Part shown: piece by piece, positions 13,961 to 28,173 of the stretch
How the letters are laid out: every line of letters begins with the position of its first letter
Numbering within the stretch: the stretch's first letter is position 1
From: Squalus acanthias
Taxonomy: Eukaryota
Assembly: GCA_030390025.1 (NCBI GenBank)
Contig: JASTWF010000353.1
Location: 62,001 to 126,000 of the forward strand
Length of the DNA stretch: 64,000 bases
Direction: 5' to 3'
Made by a program: the position numbers and the translations under genes
Notes under the pieces: generated by a model
The model's input: the letters and a program-made list of their open reading frames with translations, nothing else
What the model was told of the DNA's origin: nothing
The model's database searches: none

Positions 13961-16860
13961 CCCTCACTATCTGTATCTGCCCCTCAGCCACTGTATCTGC
14001 CCGTCACTCTCTGTTTCTGTCCCTCACTCTCTGTATCTGCCCTTCACTCTCTGTATCTGCCCATCGATCTCTGTATGTGCCCCCCCTCTCCGTATCTGCC
14101 CCTGACTCTGTTTCTGCCCCTCGTTCTCTGTATCAGCCCCTCACTCTCTGTATCTGCCCCTCGCTCTCTGTATCTACCCCTCAATCTCTGTATATGCCCC
14201 TCGATCTCTATATCTGCCCCTCGATCTCTCTGTATCTACCCCTCGATCTCTGTATCTGCCCCTCACTCTCTGTATCTGCCCCTCGATCTCTCTGTATCTA
14301 CCCCTCGATCTCTGTATCTGCCCCTCACTCTCTGAATATGCCCCTCACTCTCTGTATCTGCCCCTCACTCTCTGTATCTGCCCCTCGATCTCTCTGTATC
14401 TGCCCCTGACTCTCTGTATCTGCCCCATACTCTCTGTATCTGCCCCTCACTCTCTGTATCTGTCCATCACTCTCTGCATCTGCCCCTCGATCTTTCTGTA
14501 TCTGCCCCTCACTCGCTATATCTGCCCCTCACTCTCTGTATAATCCCTTACTCTCTGTATCTGCCCCTCAATCTCTGTATCTGCCCCTCAATCTCTGTAT
14601 CTGCCCCTCGATCGCTGTATTTTCCCCTCACTCACTGTAACTGCCCCTCGATCATTGTATCTGCCTGTCACTCTCTGTATCTGGCCCTCGATCACTATAT
14701 CTGCCCCTCACTCGCTGTATCTGCCCCTCACTCTCTGTATCTGCCCCTCGATCGCTGTATCTGCCCCTCACGCTCTGTATCTGCCCCTCAGTCTCTGTAT
14801 CTGCCCCTCATTCTCTGGACCTGCCCCTGACTCTCTGTATCTGCCCCATACTCTCTGTATCTGCCCCTCACTATCTGTATCTGCCCCTCAGTCTCTGTAT
14901 CTGCCCCTCACTGTCTGTTTCTGTCCCTCACTCTCTGTATCTGCCCCTCACTCTCTGTATCTGCCCCTCACTCTCTGTATCTACCCCTCAATCTCTGTAT
15001 ATGCCCCTCGATCTCTATATCTGCCCCTCGATCTCTCTGTATCTGCCCCTCAGTCTCTGTATCTGCCCCTCACTCTCTGTTTCTGTCCCTCACTCTCTGT
15101 ATCTGCCCCTCACTCTCTGTATCTGCCCCTCGCTCTCTGTATCTACCCCTCAATCTCTGTATATGCCCCTCGATCTCTATATCTGCCCCTCGATCTCTCT
15201 GTATCTGCCCCTCAATCTCTGTATCTGCCCCTCGATCACTCTGTCTCGGCCCCGCGATCGCAATATCTGCCCCTCACTCTCTGTATCTGCCCCTCACTCT
15301 CTGTATCTGCCCCTCGATCTCTCTGTATCTGCCCCTGACTCTCTGTATCTGCCCCATACTCTCTGTATCTGCCCCTCACTCTCTGTATCTGTCCATCACT
15401 CTCTGCATCTCCCCTCGATCTCTCTGTATCTGCACTTCACTCACTGTATCTGCCCCTCAGTTTCTGTGTCTGCCCCTTGATCGCTGTATCTGCCCCTCAC
15501 TCGCTATATCTGCCCTCACTCTCTGTATAATCCCTTACTCTCTGTATCTGCCCCTCGATCTCTGTATCTGCCCCTCACTCTCTGTATCTGCCCCTCGATC
15601 GCTGCATCTGCTCCTCACGCTCTGTATCTGCCCCTCAGTCTCTGTATCTGTCCCTCACTCTCTGTATCTGCCCTCATTCTCTGTATCTGCCCCTGACTCT
15701 CTGTATCTGCCCCATACTCTCTGTATCTGTCCCTCACTCTTTGTATCTGCCCCTCACTCTCTGTATCTGCCCATCGATCTCTGTATGTGCCCCCACTCTC
15801 TGTATCTGCCCCTGACTCTCTGTTTCTGCCCCATACTCTCTGTATCTGCCCCTCACTATCTGTATCTGCCCCTCAGTCACTGTATCTGCCCGTCACTCTC
15901 TGTTTCTGTCCCTCACTCTCTGTATCTGCCCTTCACTCTCTGTATCTGCCCATCGATCTCTGTATGTGCCCCCCCTCTCCGTATCTGCCCCTGACTCTGT
16001 TTCTGCCCCTCGTTCTCTGTATCAGCCCCTCACTCTCTGTATCTGCCCCTCGCTCTCTGTATCTACCCCTCAATCTCTGTATATGCCCCTCGATCTCTAT
16101 ATCTGCCCCTCGATCTCTCTGTATCTACCCCTCGATCTCTGTATCTGCCCCTCACTCTCTGTATCTGCCCCTCGATCTCTCTGTATCTGCCCCTCGATCT
16201 CTCTGTATCTGCCCCTCACTCTCTGAATATGCCCCTCACTCTCTGTATCTGCCCCTCACTCTCTGTATCTGTCCATCACTCTCTGCATCTGCCCCTCGAT
16301 CTTTCTGTATCTGCCCCTCACTCGCTATATCTGCCCCTCACTCTCTGTATAATCCCTTACTCTCTGTATCTGCCCCTCAATCTCTGTATCTGCCCCTCAA
16401 TCTCTGTATCTGCCCCTCGATCGCTGTATTTTCCCCTCACTCACTGTAACTGCCCCTCGATCATTGTATCTGCCTGTCACTCTCTGTATCTGGCCCTCGA
16501 TCACTATATCTGCCCCTCACTCGCTGTATCTGCCCCTCACTCTCTGTATCTGCCCCTCGATCGCTGTATCTGCCCCTCATGCTCTGTATCTGCCCCTCAG
16601 TCTCTGTATCTGCCCCTCATTCTCTGGACCTGCCCCTGACTCTCTGTATCTGCCCCATACTCTCTGTATCTGCCCCTCACTATCTGTATCTGCCCCTCAG
16701 TCTCTGTATCTGCCCCTCACTGTCTGTTTCTGTCCCTCACTCTCTGTATCTGCCCCTCACTCTCTGTATCTGCCCCTCACTCTCTGTATCTACCCCTCAA
16801 TCTCTGTATATGCCCCTCGATCTCTATATCTGCCCCTCGATCTCTCTGTATCTGCCCCTC
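13150..16860 (+). repeat. Higher-order repeat, 2 copies, period 1889 bp (1809 bp after an internal net 80-bp loss)
   Basis: ORF pairs 13896/15785, 14077/15966, 14655/16464. Markers GATCTTTCTGTA (~14489, ~16298) and CTGTCTGTTT (~14911, ~16720). Confidence 0.85.
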
Positions 16861-17489
16861 AATCTCTGTATCTGCCCCTCGATCACTCTGTCTCGGCCCC
16901 GCGATCGCAATATCTGCCCCTCACTCTCTGTATCTGCCCCTCACTCTCTGTATCTGCCCCTCGATCTCTCTGTATCTGCCCCTGACTCTCTGTATCTGCC
17001 CCATACTCTCTGTATCTGCCCCTCACTCTCTGTATCTGCCCCTCGATCGCTGTATTTTCCCCTCACTCTCTGTATCTGCCCCTCGATCGCTCTGTATCTG
17101 CCCCTGCCTCTCTGTATCTGCCCCATACTCTCTGTATCTGCCCCTCACTCTCTGTATCTGTCCATCACTCTCTGCATCTCCCCTCGATCTCTCTGTATCT
17201 GCACTTCACTCACTGTATCTGCCCCTCACTTTCTGTGTCTGCCCCTTGATCGCTGTATCTGCCCCTCACTCGCTATATCTGCCCTCACTCTCTGTATAAT
17301 CCCTTACTCTCTGTATCTGCCCCTCGATCTCTGTATCTGCCCCTCACTCTCTGTATCTGCCCCTCGATCGCTGTATTTTCCCCTCACTCACTGTAACTGC
17401 CCCTCGATCACTGTATCTGCCCCTCAATCTCTCTGTACCTACCCCTCACTCTCTGTATCTGTCCCTCACTCTCTCTATCTGCCCCTCAT

Positions 17490-19300
17490 TCTCTGTATCT
17501 GCCCCTGACTCTCTGTATCTGCCCCATACTCTCTGTATCTGCCCCTCACTCTCTGTATCTGTCCATCACTCTCTGCATCTCCCCTCGATCTCTCTGTATC
17601 TGCACTTCACTCACTGTATCTGCCCCTCACTTTCTGTGTCTGCCCCTTGATCGCTGTATCTGCCCCTCACTCGCTATATCTGCCCTCACTCCCTGTATAA
17701 TCCCTTACTCTCTGTATCTGCCCCTCGATCTCTGTATCTGCCCCTCACTCTCTGTATCTGCCCCTCGATCGCTGTATTTTCCCCTCACTCACTGTAACTG
17801 CCCCTCGATCACTGTATCTGCCTCTCACTCTCTGTATCTGGCTCTTGATCACTATATCTGCCCCTCACTCGCTGGATCTGCCCCTCACTCTCTGTATCTG
17901 CCCCTCGATCGCTGTATCTGCTCCTCACGCTCTGTATCTGCCACTCAGTCTCTGTATCTGTCCCTCACTCTCTGTATCTGCCCCTCATTCTCTGTATCTG
18001 CCCCTGACTCTCTGTATCTGCCCCATACTCTCTGTATCTGTCCCTCACTCTTTGTATCTGCCCCTCAATCTCTGTATCTGCCCATCGATCTCTGTATGTG
18101 CCCCCACTCTCTGTATCTGCCCCTGACTCTCTGTTTCTGCCCCTCAATCTCTCTGTATCTACCCCTCACTCTCTGTATCTGTCCCTCACTCTCTCTATCT
18201 GCCCCTCATTCTCTGTATCTGCCCCTGACTCTCTGTATCTGCCCCATACTCTCTGTATCTGCCCCTCACTATCTGTATCTGCCCCTCAGTCACTGTATCT
18301 GCCCGTCACTCTCTGTTTCTGTCCCTCACTCTCTGTATCTGCCCTTCACTCTCTGTATCTGCCCATCGATCTCTGTATGTGCCCCCCCTCTCCGTATCTG
18401 CCCCTGACTCTGTTTCTGCCCCTCGTTCTCTGTATCAGCCCCTCACTCTCTGTATCTGCCCCTCGCTCTCTGTATCTGCCCATCGATCTCTGTATGTGCC
18501 CCTCGATCTCTATATCTGCCCCTCGATCTCTCTGTATCTACCCCTCGATCTCTGTATCTGCCCCTCACTCTCTGTATCTGCCCCTCGATCTCTCTGAATC
18601 TACCCCTCGATCTCTGTATCTGCCCCTCACTCTCTGAATATGCCCCTCGATCTCTGTATCTGCCCCTCGATCTCTGTATATGCCCCTCGATTTCTATATC
18701 TGCCCCTCGATCTCTCTGTATCTGCCCCACAATCTCTGTATCTGCCCCTTGATCACTCTGTCTCGGCCCCGCGATCGCAATATCTGCCCCTCACTCTCTG
18801 TAACTGCCCCATCGTCTCTGTATCTCCACTCGATCTTCTCTATCGGCTCCTCGATCGCAATATCTGCCCCTCACTCTCTGTATCTGCCCCTCACTCTCTG
18901 TATCTGCCCCTCGATCTCTCTGTATCTGCCCCTGACTCTCTGTATCTGCCCCATTCTCTCTGTATCTGTCCCTCACTCTCTGTATCTGTCCATCACTCTC
19001 TGCATCTGCCCCTCGATCTCTCCGTATCTGCACTTCACTCACTGTATCTGCCTCTCACTTTCTGTGTCTGCCCCTTGATCGCTGTATCTGCCCCTCACTC
19101 GCTATATCTGCCCCTCACTCTCTGTATAATCCCTCACTCTCTGTATCTGCCCCTCACTCTCTGTATCTGCCCCTCACTCTCTGTATCTGCCCCTCACTCT
19201 CTGTTACTGCCCATCGATCCCTGTATCTGCCCCTCGATCTCTGTCCCTGTCCCCTCACTCTCTGTATCTGCCCCTCGATCGCTGTATCTGCCCCTCGATC
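17490..19300 (+). repeat. About 1.8-kb block duplicated at +8873 bp (copy 1)
   Basis: ORF pairs 17845/26718, 18096/26969, 18640/27513, 18791/27664. Marker TCTGAATCTACCCC at ~18593 and ~27466. Confidence 0.88.
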
Positions 19301-22300
19301 TCTGTATCTGCCCCTCACTCTCTGTATCTGCCCCTCGATCTCTCTGTATCTACCCCTCGATCTCTGTATCTGCCCCTCACTCTCTGAATATGCCCCTCGA
19401 TCTCTGTATCTGCCCCTCACTCTGTGTAACTGCCCCATCGTCTCTGTATCTCCACTCGATCTTCTCTATCAGCTCCCCGATCGCAATATCTGCCCCTCAC
19501 TCTCTGTATCTGCCCCTCACTCTCTGTATCTGCCCCTCGATCTCTCTGTATCTGCCCCTGACTCTCTGTATCTGCCCCATTCTCTCTGTATCTGTCCCTC
19601 ACTCTCTGTATCTGTCCATCACTCTCTGTATCTGCCCATCAATCTCTGTATGTGCCCCCACTCTCTGTATCTGCCCCTGACTCTCTGTTTCTGCCCCTCG
19701 TTCTCTGTATCAGCCCCTCACTCTCTGTATCTGCCCCTCGCTCTCTGTATCTACCCCTCAATCTCTGTATATGCAGCTCGATCTCTATATCTGCCCCTCG
19801 ATCTCTCTGTTTCTACCCCTCGATCTCTGTATCTGCCCCTCACTCGCTGTATCTGCCTTTTGATCTCTGTATCCACCCCTCACTCTCTGTATCCGCCCCT
19901 CACTCTCTGCCCCTCAATCTCTGTATCTCCCCTCACTCTCTTTATCTGCCCCTCACTCTCTGTATCTGTCCCTCGATCTCTGTATATGCCCCTCGATCTC
20001 TATATCTGCCCTTCGATCTCTCTGTATCTGCCCCTCAATCTCTGTATCTGCCCCTCGATCACTCTGTCTCAGCCCCACGATCGCAATATCTGCCCCTCAC
20101 TCTCTGTATCTGCCCCATAGTCTCTGTATCTCCACTCGATCTTCTGTATCGGCCCCTCGATCGCAATATCTGCCCCTCACTCTCTGTATCTGCCCCTCGA
20201 TCTCTCTGTATCTGCCCCTGACTCTCTGTATCTGCCCCTCACTCTCTGTATCTGCCCATCGATCTCTGTATGTGCCCCCACTCTCTGTATCTGCCCCTGA
20301 CTCTCTGTTTCTGCCCCATACTCTCTGTATCTGCCCCTCACTATCTGTATCTGCCCCTCAGTCACTGTATCTGCCCGTCACTCTCTGTTTCTGTCCCTCA
20401 CTCTCTGTATCTGCCCTTCACTCTCTGTATCTGCCCATCGATCTCTGTATGTGCCCCCCCTCTCCGTATCTGCCCCTGACTCTGTTTCTGCCCCTCGTTC
20501 TCTGTATCAGCCCCTCACTCTCTGTATCTGCCCCTCGCTCTCTGTATCTACCCCTCAATCTCTGTATATGCCCCTCGATCTCTATATCTACCCCTCGATC
20601 TCTCTGTATCTACCCCTCGATCTCTGTATCTGCCCCTCACTCTCTGTATCTGCCCCTCGATCTCTCTGTATCTACCCCTCGATCTCTGTATCTGCCCCTC
20701 ACTCTCTGAATATGCCCCTCACTCTCTGTATCTGCCCCTCACTCTCTATATCTGCCCCTCGATCTCTCTGTATCTGCCCCATACTCTCTGTATCTCCCCT
20801 CACTCTCTGTATCTATCCATCACTCTCTGCATCTGCCCCTCGATCTCTCCGTATCTGCACTTCACTCACTGTATCTGCCCCTCACTTTCAGTGTCTGCCC
20901 CCGATCGCTGTATCTGCCCCTCACTCGCTATATCTGCCCCTCACTCTCTGTATAATCCCTTACTCTCTGTATCTGCCCCTCAATCCCTTTATCTGCCCCT
21001 CAATCTCTGTATCTGCCCCTCGATCGCTGTATTTTCCCCTCACTCACTGTAACTGCCCCTCGATCATTGTATCTGCCTGTCACTCTCTGTATCTGGCCCT
21101 CGATCACTATATCTGCCCCTCACTCGCTGTATGTGCCCCTCACTCTCTGTATCTGCCCCTCGATCGCTGTATCTGCCCCTCACGCTCTGTATCTGCCCCT
21201 CAGTCTCTGTATCTGTCCCTCACTCTCTGTATCTGCCCCTCATTCTCTGGACCTGCCCCTGACTCTCTGTATCTGCCCCATACTCTCTGTATCTGCCCCT
21301 CACTATCTGTATCTGCCCCTCAGTCTCTGTATCTGCCCCTCACTCTCTGTATCTGCCCCTCACTCTCTGTATCTGCCCCTCACTCTCTGTTACTGCCCAT
21401 GGATCCCTGTATCTGCCCCTCGATCTCTGTCCCTGTCCCCTCACTCTCTGTATCTGCCCCTCGATCGCTGTATCTGCCCCTCGATCTCTGTATCTGCCCC
21501 TCACTCTCTGTATCTGCCCCTCGATCTCTCTGTATCTACCCCTCGATCTCTGTATCTGCCCCTCAATCTCTGAATATGCCCCTCGATCTCTGTATCTGCC
21601 CCTCACTCTCTGTAACTGCCCCATCGTCTCTGTATCTCCACTCGATCTTCTCTATCAGCTCCCCGATCGCAATATCTGCCCCTCACTCTCTGTATCTGCC
21701 CCTCACTCTCTGTATCTGCCCCTCGATCTCTCTGTATCTGCCCCTGACTCTCTGTATCTGCCCCATTCTCTCTGTATCTGTCCCTCACTCTCTGTATCTG
21801 TCCATCACTCTCTGTATCTGCCCATCAATCTCTGTATGTGCCCCCACTCTCTGTATCTGCCCCTGACTCTCTGTTTCTGCCCCTCGTTCTCTGTATCAGC
21901 CCCTCACTCTCTGTATCTGCCCCTCGCTCTCTGTATCTACCCCTCAATCTCTGTATATGCAGCTCGATCTCTATATCTGCCCCTCGATCTCTCTGTTTCT
22001 ACCCCTCGATCTCTGTATCTGCCCCTCACTCGCTGTATCTGCCTTTTGATCTCTGTATCCGCCCCTCACTCTCTGTATCCGCCCCTCACTCTCTGCCCCT
22101 CAATCTCTGTATCTCCCCTCACTCTCTTTATCTGCCCCTCACTCTCTGTATCTGTCCCTCGATCTCTGTATATGCCCCTCGATCTCTATATCTGCCCTTC
22201 GATCTCTCTGTATCTGCCCCTCAATCTCTGTATCTGCCCCTCGATCACTCTGTCTCAGCCCCACGATCGCAATATCTGCCCCTCACTCTCTGTATCTGCC

Positions 22301-22410
22301 CCATAGTCTCTGTATCTCCACTCGATCTTCTGTATCGGCCCCTCGATCGCAATATCTGCCCCTCACTCTCTGTATCTGCCCCTCGATCTCTCTGTATCTG
22401 CCCCTGACTC
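19137..22410 (+). repeat. About 1.1-kb block present twice at 2186-bp offset (~19137-20220 and ~21323-22410)
   Basis: ORF pairs 19154/21340, 19417/21603, 19650/21836. Marker TATATGCAGCTCG at ~19768 and ~21954. Confidence 0.85.
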
Positions 22411-25400
22411 TCTGTATCTGCCCCATACTCACTGTGTCTGTCCCTCACTCTCTGTATCTGCCCGTCACTCTCTGTTTCTGTCCCTCACTCTCTGTATCTG
22501 CCCATCGATCTTTGTATGTGCCACCCCTCTCCGTATCTGCCCCTGACTTTGTTTCTGCCCCTCGTTCTCTGTATCTGCCCCATACTCTCTGTATCTGCCC
22601 CTCACTATCTGTATCTGCCCCTCAGTCTCTGTATCTGCCCCTCACTCTCTATTTCTGTCCCTCACTCTCTGTATCTGCCCCTCACTCTCTGTATCTGCCC
22701 CTCGCTCTCTGTATCTACCCCTCAATCTCTGTATATGCCCCTCGATCTCTATATCTGCCCCTCGATCTCTCTGTATCTGCCCCTCAATCTCTGTATCTGC
22801 CCCTCGATCACTCTGTCTCGGCCCCGCGATCGCAATATCTGCCCCTCACTCTCTGTATCTGCCCCTCACTCTCTGTATCTGCCCCTCGATCTCTCTGTAT
22901 CTGCCCCTGACTCTCTGTATCTGCCCCATACTCTCTGTATCTGCCCCTCACTCTCTGTATCTGTCCATCACTCTCTGCATCTCCCCTCGATCTCTCTGTA
23001 TCTGCACTTCACTCACTGTATCTGCCCCTCAGTTTCTGTGTCTGCCCCTTGATCGCTGTATCTGCCCCTCACTCACTATATCTGCCCTCACTCTCTGTAT
23101 AATCCCTTACTCTCTGTATCTGCCCCTCGATCTCTGTATCTGCCCCTCACTCTCTGTATCTGCCCCTCGATCGCTGTATTTTCCCCTCACTCACTGTAAC
23201 TGCCCCTCGATCACTGTATCTGCTTCTCACTCTCTGTATCTGGCTCTTGATCACTATATCTGCCCCTCACTCGCTGTATCTGCCCCTCACTCTCTGTATC
23301 TGCCCCTCGATCGCTGTATCTGCTCCTCACGCTCTGTATCTGCCCCTCAGTCTCTGTATCTGTCCCTCACTCTCTGTATCTGCCCTCATTCTCTGTATCT
23401 GCCGCTGACTCTCTGTATCTGCCCCATACTCTCTGTATCTGTCCCTCACTCTTTGTATCTGCCCCTCACTCTCTGTAACTGCCCCATAGTCTCTGTAGCT
23501 CCACTCGATCTTCTGTATCGGCTCCTCGATTGCAATATCTGCCCCTCACTCTCTGTATCTGCCCCTCACTCTCTGTATCTGCCCCTCGATCTCTCTGTAT
23601 CTGCCCCTGACTCTCTGTATCTGCCCCATACTCTCTGTATCTGCCCCTCACTCTCTGTATCTATCCATCACTCTCTGCATCTGCCCCTCGATCTCTCTGT
23701 ATCTGCACTTCACTTACTGTATCTGCCCCTCACTTTCTGTGTCTGCCCCGATCGCTGTATCTGCCCCTCACTCGCTATATCTGCCCCTCACTCTCTGTAT
23801 AATCCCTTACTCTCTGTATCTGCCCCTCAATCTCTGTATCTGCCCCTCAATCTCTGTATCTGCCCCTCGATCGCTGTATTTTCCACTCACTCACTGTAAC
23901 TGCCCCTCGATCACTGTATCTGCCTGTCACTCTCTGTATCTGCCCCTCGATCACTATATCTGCCCCTCACTCGCTGTATCTGCCCCTCACTCTCTGTATC
24001 TGCCCCTCGATCGCTGTATCTGCCCCTCACGCTCTGTATCTGCCCCTCAGTCTCTGTATCTGTCCCTCACTCTCTGTATCTGCCCCTCATTCTCTGGACC
24101 TGCCCCTGACTCTCTGTATCTGCCCCATACTCTCTGTATCTGCCCCTCACTATCTGTATCTGCCCCTCAGTCTCTGTATCTGCCCCTCACTCTCTGTTTC
24201 TGTCCCTCACTCTCTGTATCTGCCCCTCACTCTCTGTATCTGCCCCTCGCTCTCTGTATCTACCCCTCAATCTCTGTATATGCCCCTCGATCTCTATATC
24301 TGCCCCTCGATCTCTCTGTATCTGCCCCTCAATCTCTGTATCTGCCCCTCGATCACTCTGTCTCGGCCCCGCGATCGCAATATCTGCCCCTCACTCTCTG
24401 TATCTGCCCCTCACTCTCTGTATCTGCCCCTCGATCTCTCTGTATCTGCCCCTGACTCTCTGTATCTGCCCCATACTCTCTGTATCTGCGCCTCACTCTC
24501 TGTATCTGTCCATCACTCTCTGCATCTCCCCTCGATCTCTCTGTATCTGCACTTCACTCACTGTATCTGCCCCTCATTTTTGTGTCTGCCCCTTGATCGC
24601 TGTATCTGCCCCTCACTCACTATATCTGCCCTCACTCTCTGTATAATCCCTTACTCTCTGTATCTGCCCCTCGATCTCTGTATCTGCCCCTCACTCTCTG
24701 TATCTGCCCCTCGATCGCTGTATTTTCCCCTCACTCACTGTAACTGCCCCTCGATCACTGTATCTGCTTCTCACTCTCTGTATCTGGCTCTTGATCACTA
24801 TATCTGCCCCTCACTCGCTGTATCTGCCCCTCACTCTCTGTATCTGCCCCTCGATCGCTGTATCTGCTCCTCACGCTCTGTATCTGCCCCTCAGTCTCTG
24901 TATCTGTCCCTCACTCTCTGTATCTGCCCTCATTCTCTGTATCTGCCGCTGACTCTCTGTATCTGCCCCATACTCTCTGTATCTGTCCCTCACTCTTTGT
25001 ATCTGCCCCTCACTCTCTGTATCTGCCCATCGATCTCTGTATGTGCCCCCACTCTCTGTATCTGCCCCTGACTCTCTGTTTCTGCCCCATACTCTCTGTA
25101 TCTGCCCCTCACTATCTGTATCTGCCCCTCAGTCACTGTATCTGCCCGTCACTCTCTGTTTCTGTCCCTCACTCTCTGTATCTGCCCTTCACTCTCTGTA
25201 TCTGCCCATCGATCTCTGTATGTGCCCACCCTCTCCGTATCTGCCCCTGACTCTGTTTCTGCCCCTCGTTCTCTGTATCAGCCCCTCACTCTCTGTATCT
25301 GCCCCTCGCTCTCTGTATCTACCCCTCAATCTCTGTATATGCCCCTCGATCTCTATATCTACCCCTCGATCTCTCTGTATCTACCCCTCAATCTCTGTAT

Positions 25401-26362
25401 ATGCCCCTCGATCTCTATATCTGCCCCTCGATCTCTCTGTATCTACCCCTCGATCTCTGTATCTGCCCCTCACTCTCTGTATCTGCCCCTCGATCTCTCT
25501 GTATCTACCCCTCGATCTCTGTATCTGCCCCTCACTCTCTGAATATGCCCCTCACTCTCTGTATCTGCCCCTCACTCTCTATATCTGCCCCTCGATCTCT
25601 CTGTATCTGCCCCATACTCTCTGTATCTCCCCTCACTCTCTGTATCTATCCATCACTCTCTGCATCTGCCCCTCGATCTCTCCGTATCTGCACTTCACTC
25701 ACTGTATCTGCCCCTCACTTTCTGTGTCTGCCCCCGATCGCTGTATCTGCCCCTCACTCGCTATATCTGCCCCTCACTCTCTGTATAATCCCTTACTCTC
25801 TGTATCTGCCCCTCAATCCCTTTATCTGCCCCTCAATCTCTGTATCTGCCCCTCGATCGCTGTATTTTCCCCTCACTCACTGTAACTGCCCCTCGATCAT
25901 TGTATCTGCCTGTCACTCTCTGTATCTGGCCCTCGATCACTATATCTGCCCCTCACTCGCTGTATGTGCCCCTCACTCTCTGTATCTGCCCCTCGATCGC
26001 TGTATCTGCCCCTCACGCTCTGTATCTGCCCCTCAGTCTCTGTATCTGTCCCTCACTCTCTGTATCTGCCCCTCATTCTCTGGACCTGCCCCTGACTCTC
26101 TGTATCTGCCCCTCACTCTCTGTTTCTGTCCCTCACTCTCTGTATCTGGCCCTCACTCTCTGTATCTGCCCCTCGCTCTCTGTATCTACCCCTCAATCTC
26201 TGTATATGCCCCTCGATCTCTATATCTGCCCCTCGATCTCTCTGTATCAGCCCCTCAATCGCTGTATCTGCCCCTCGATCACTCTGTCTCGGCCCCGCGA
26301 TCGCAATATCTGCCCCTCACTCTCTGTATCTGCCCCTCACTCTCTGTATCTGCCCCTCGATC

Positions 26363-28173
26363 TCTCTGTATCTGCCCCTGACTCTCTGTATCTGCCCCAT
26401 ACTCTCTGTATCTGCCCCTCACTCTCTGTATCTGTCCATCACTCTCTGCATCTCCCCTCGATCTCTCTGTATCTGCACTTCACTCACTGTATCTGCCCCT
26501 CACTTTCTGTGTCTGCCCCTTGATCGCTGTATCTGCCCCTCACTCGTTATATCTGCCCTCACTCTCTGTATAATCCCTTACTCTCTGTATCTGCCCCTCG
26601 ATCTCTGTATCTGCCCCTCACTCTCTGTATCTGCCCCTCGATCGCTGTATTTTCCCCTCACTCACTGTAACTGCCCCTCGATCACTGTATCTGCCTCTCA
26701 CTCTCTGTATCTGGCTCTTGATCACTATATCTGCCCCTCACTCGCTGTATCTGCCCCTCACTCTCTGTATCTGCCCCTCGATCGCTGTATCTGCTCCTCA
26801 CGCTCTGTATCTGCCCCTCAGTCTCTGTATCTGTCCCTCACTCTCTGTATCTGCCCCTCATTCTCTGTATCTGCCCCTGACTCTCTGTATCTGCCCCATA
26901 CTCTCTGTATCTGTCCCTCACTCTTTGTATCTGCCCCTCAATCTCTGTATCTGCCCATCGATCTCTGTATGTGCCCCCACTCTCTGTATCTGCCCCTGAC
27001 TCTCTGTTTCTGCCCCTCAATCTCTCTGTATCTACCCCTCACTCTCTGTATCTGTCCCTCACTCTCTCTATCTGCCCCTCATTCTCTGTATCTGCCCCTG
27101 ACTCTCTGTATCTGCCCCATACTCTCTGTATCTGCCCCTCACTATCTGTATCTGCCCCTCAGTCACTGTATCTGCCCGTCACTCTCTGTTTCTGTCCCTC
27201 ACTCTCTGTATCTGCCCTTCACTCTCTGTATCTGCCCATCGATCTCTGTATGTGCCCCCCCTCTCCGTATCTGCCCCTGACTCTGTTTCTGCCCCTCGTT
27301 CTCTGTATCAGCCCCTCACTCTCTGTATCTGCCCCTCGCTCTCTGTATCTGCCCATCGATCTCTGTATGTGCCCCTCGATCTCTATATCTGCCCCTCGAT
27401 CTCTCTGTATCTACCCCTCGATCTCTGTATCTGCCCCTCACTCTCTGTATCTGCCCCTCGATCTCTCTGAATCTACCCCTCGATCTCTGTATCTGCCCCT
27501 CACTCTCTGAATATGCCCCTCGATCTCTGTATCTGCCCCTCGATCTCTGTATATGCCCCTCGATTTCTATATCTGCCCCTCGATCTCTCTGTATCTGCCC
27601 CACAATCTCTGTATCTGCCCCTTGATCACTCTGTCTCGGCCCCGCGATCGCAATATCTGCCCCTCACTCTCTGTAACTGCCCCATCGTCTCTGTATCTCC
27701 ACTCGATCTTCTCTATCGGCTCCTCGATCGCAATATCTGCCCCTCACTCTCTGTATCTGCCCCTCACTCTCTGTATCTGCCCCTCGATCTCTCTGTATCT
27801 GCCCCTGACTCTCTGTATCTGCCCCATTCTCTCTGTATCTGTCCCTCACTCTCTGTATCTGTCCATCACTCTCTGCATCTGCCCCTCGATCTCTCCGTAT
27901 CTGCACTTCACTCACTGCATCTGCCTCTCACTTTCTGTGTCTGCCCCTTGATCGCTGTATCTGCCCCTCACTCGCTATATCTGCCCCTCACTCTCTGTAT
28001 AATCCCTCACTCTCTGTATCTGCCCCTCACTCTCTGTATCTGCCCCTCACTCTCTTTATCTGCCCCTCACTCTCTGTTACTGCCCATCGATCCCTGTATC
28101 TGCCCCTCGATCTCTGTCCCTGTCCCCTCACTCTCTGTATCTGCCCCTCGATCGCTGTATCTGCCCCTCGATC
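26363..28173 (+). repeat. About 1.8-kb block duplicated at +8873 bp (copy 2)
   Basis: Same ordered variants as 17490-19300, with a constant 8873-bp offset in the ORF track. Confidence 0.88.
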
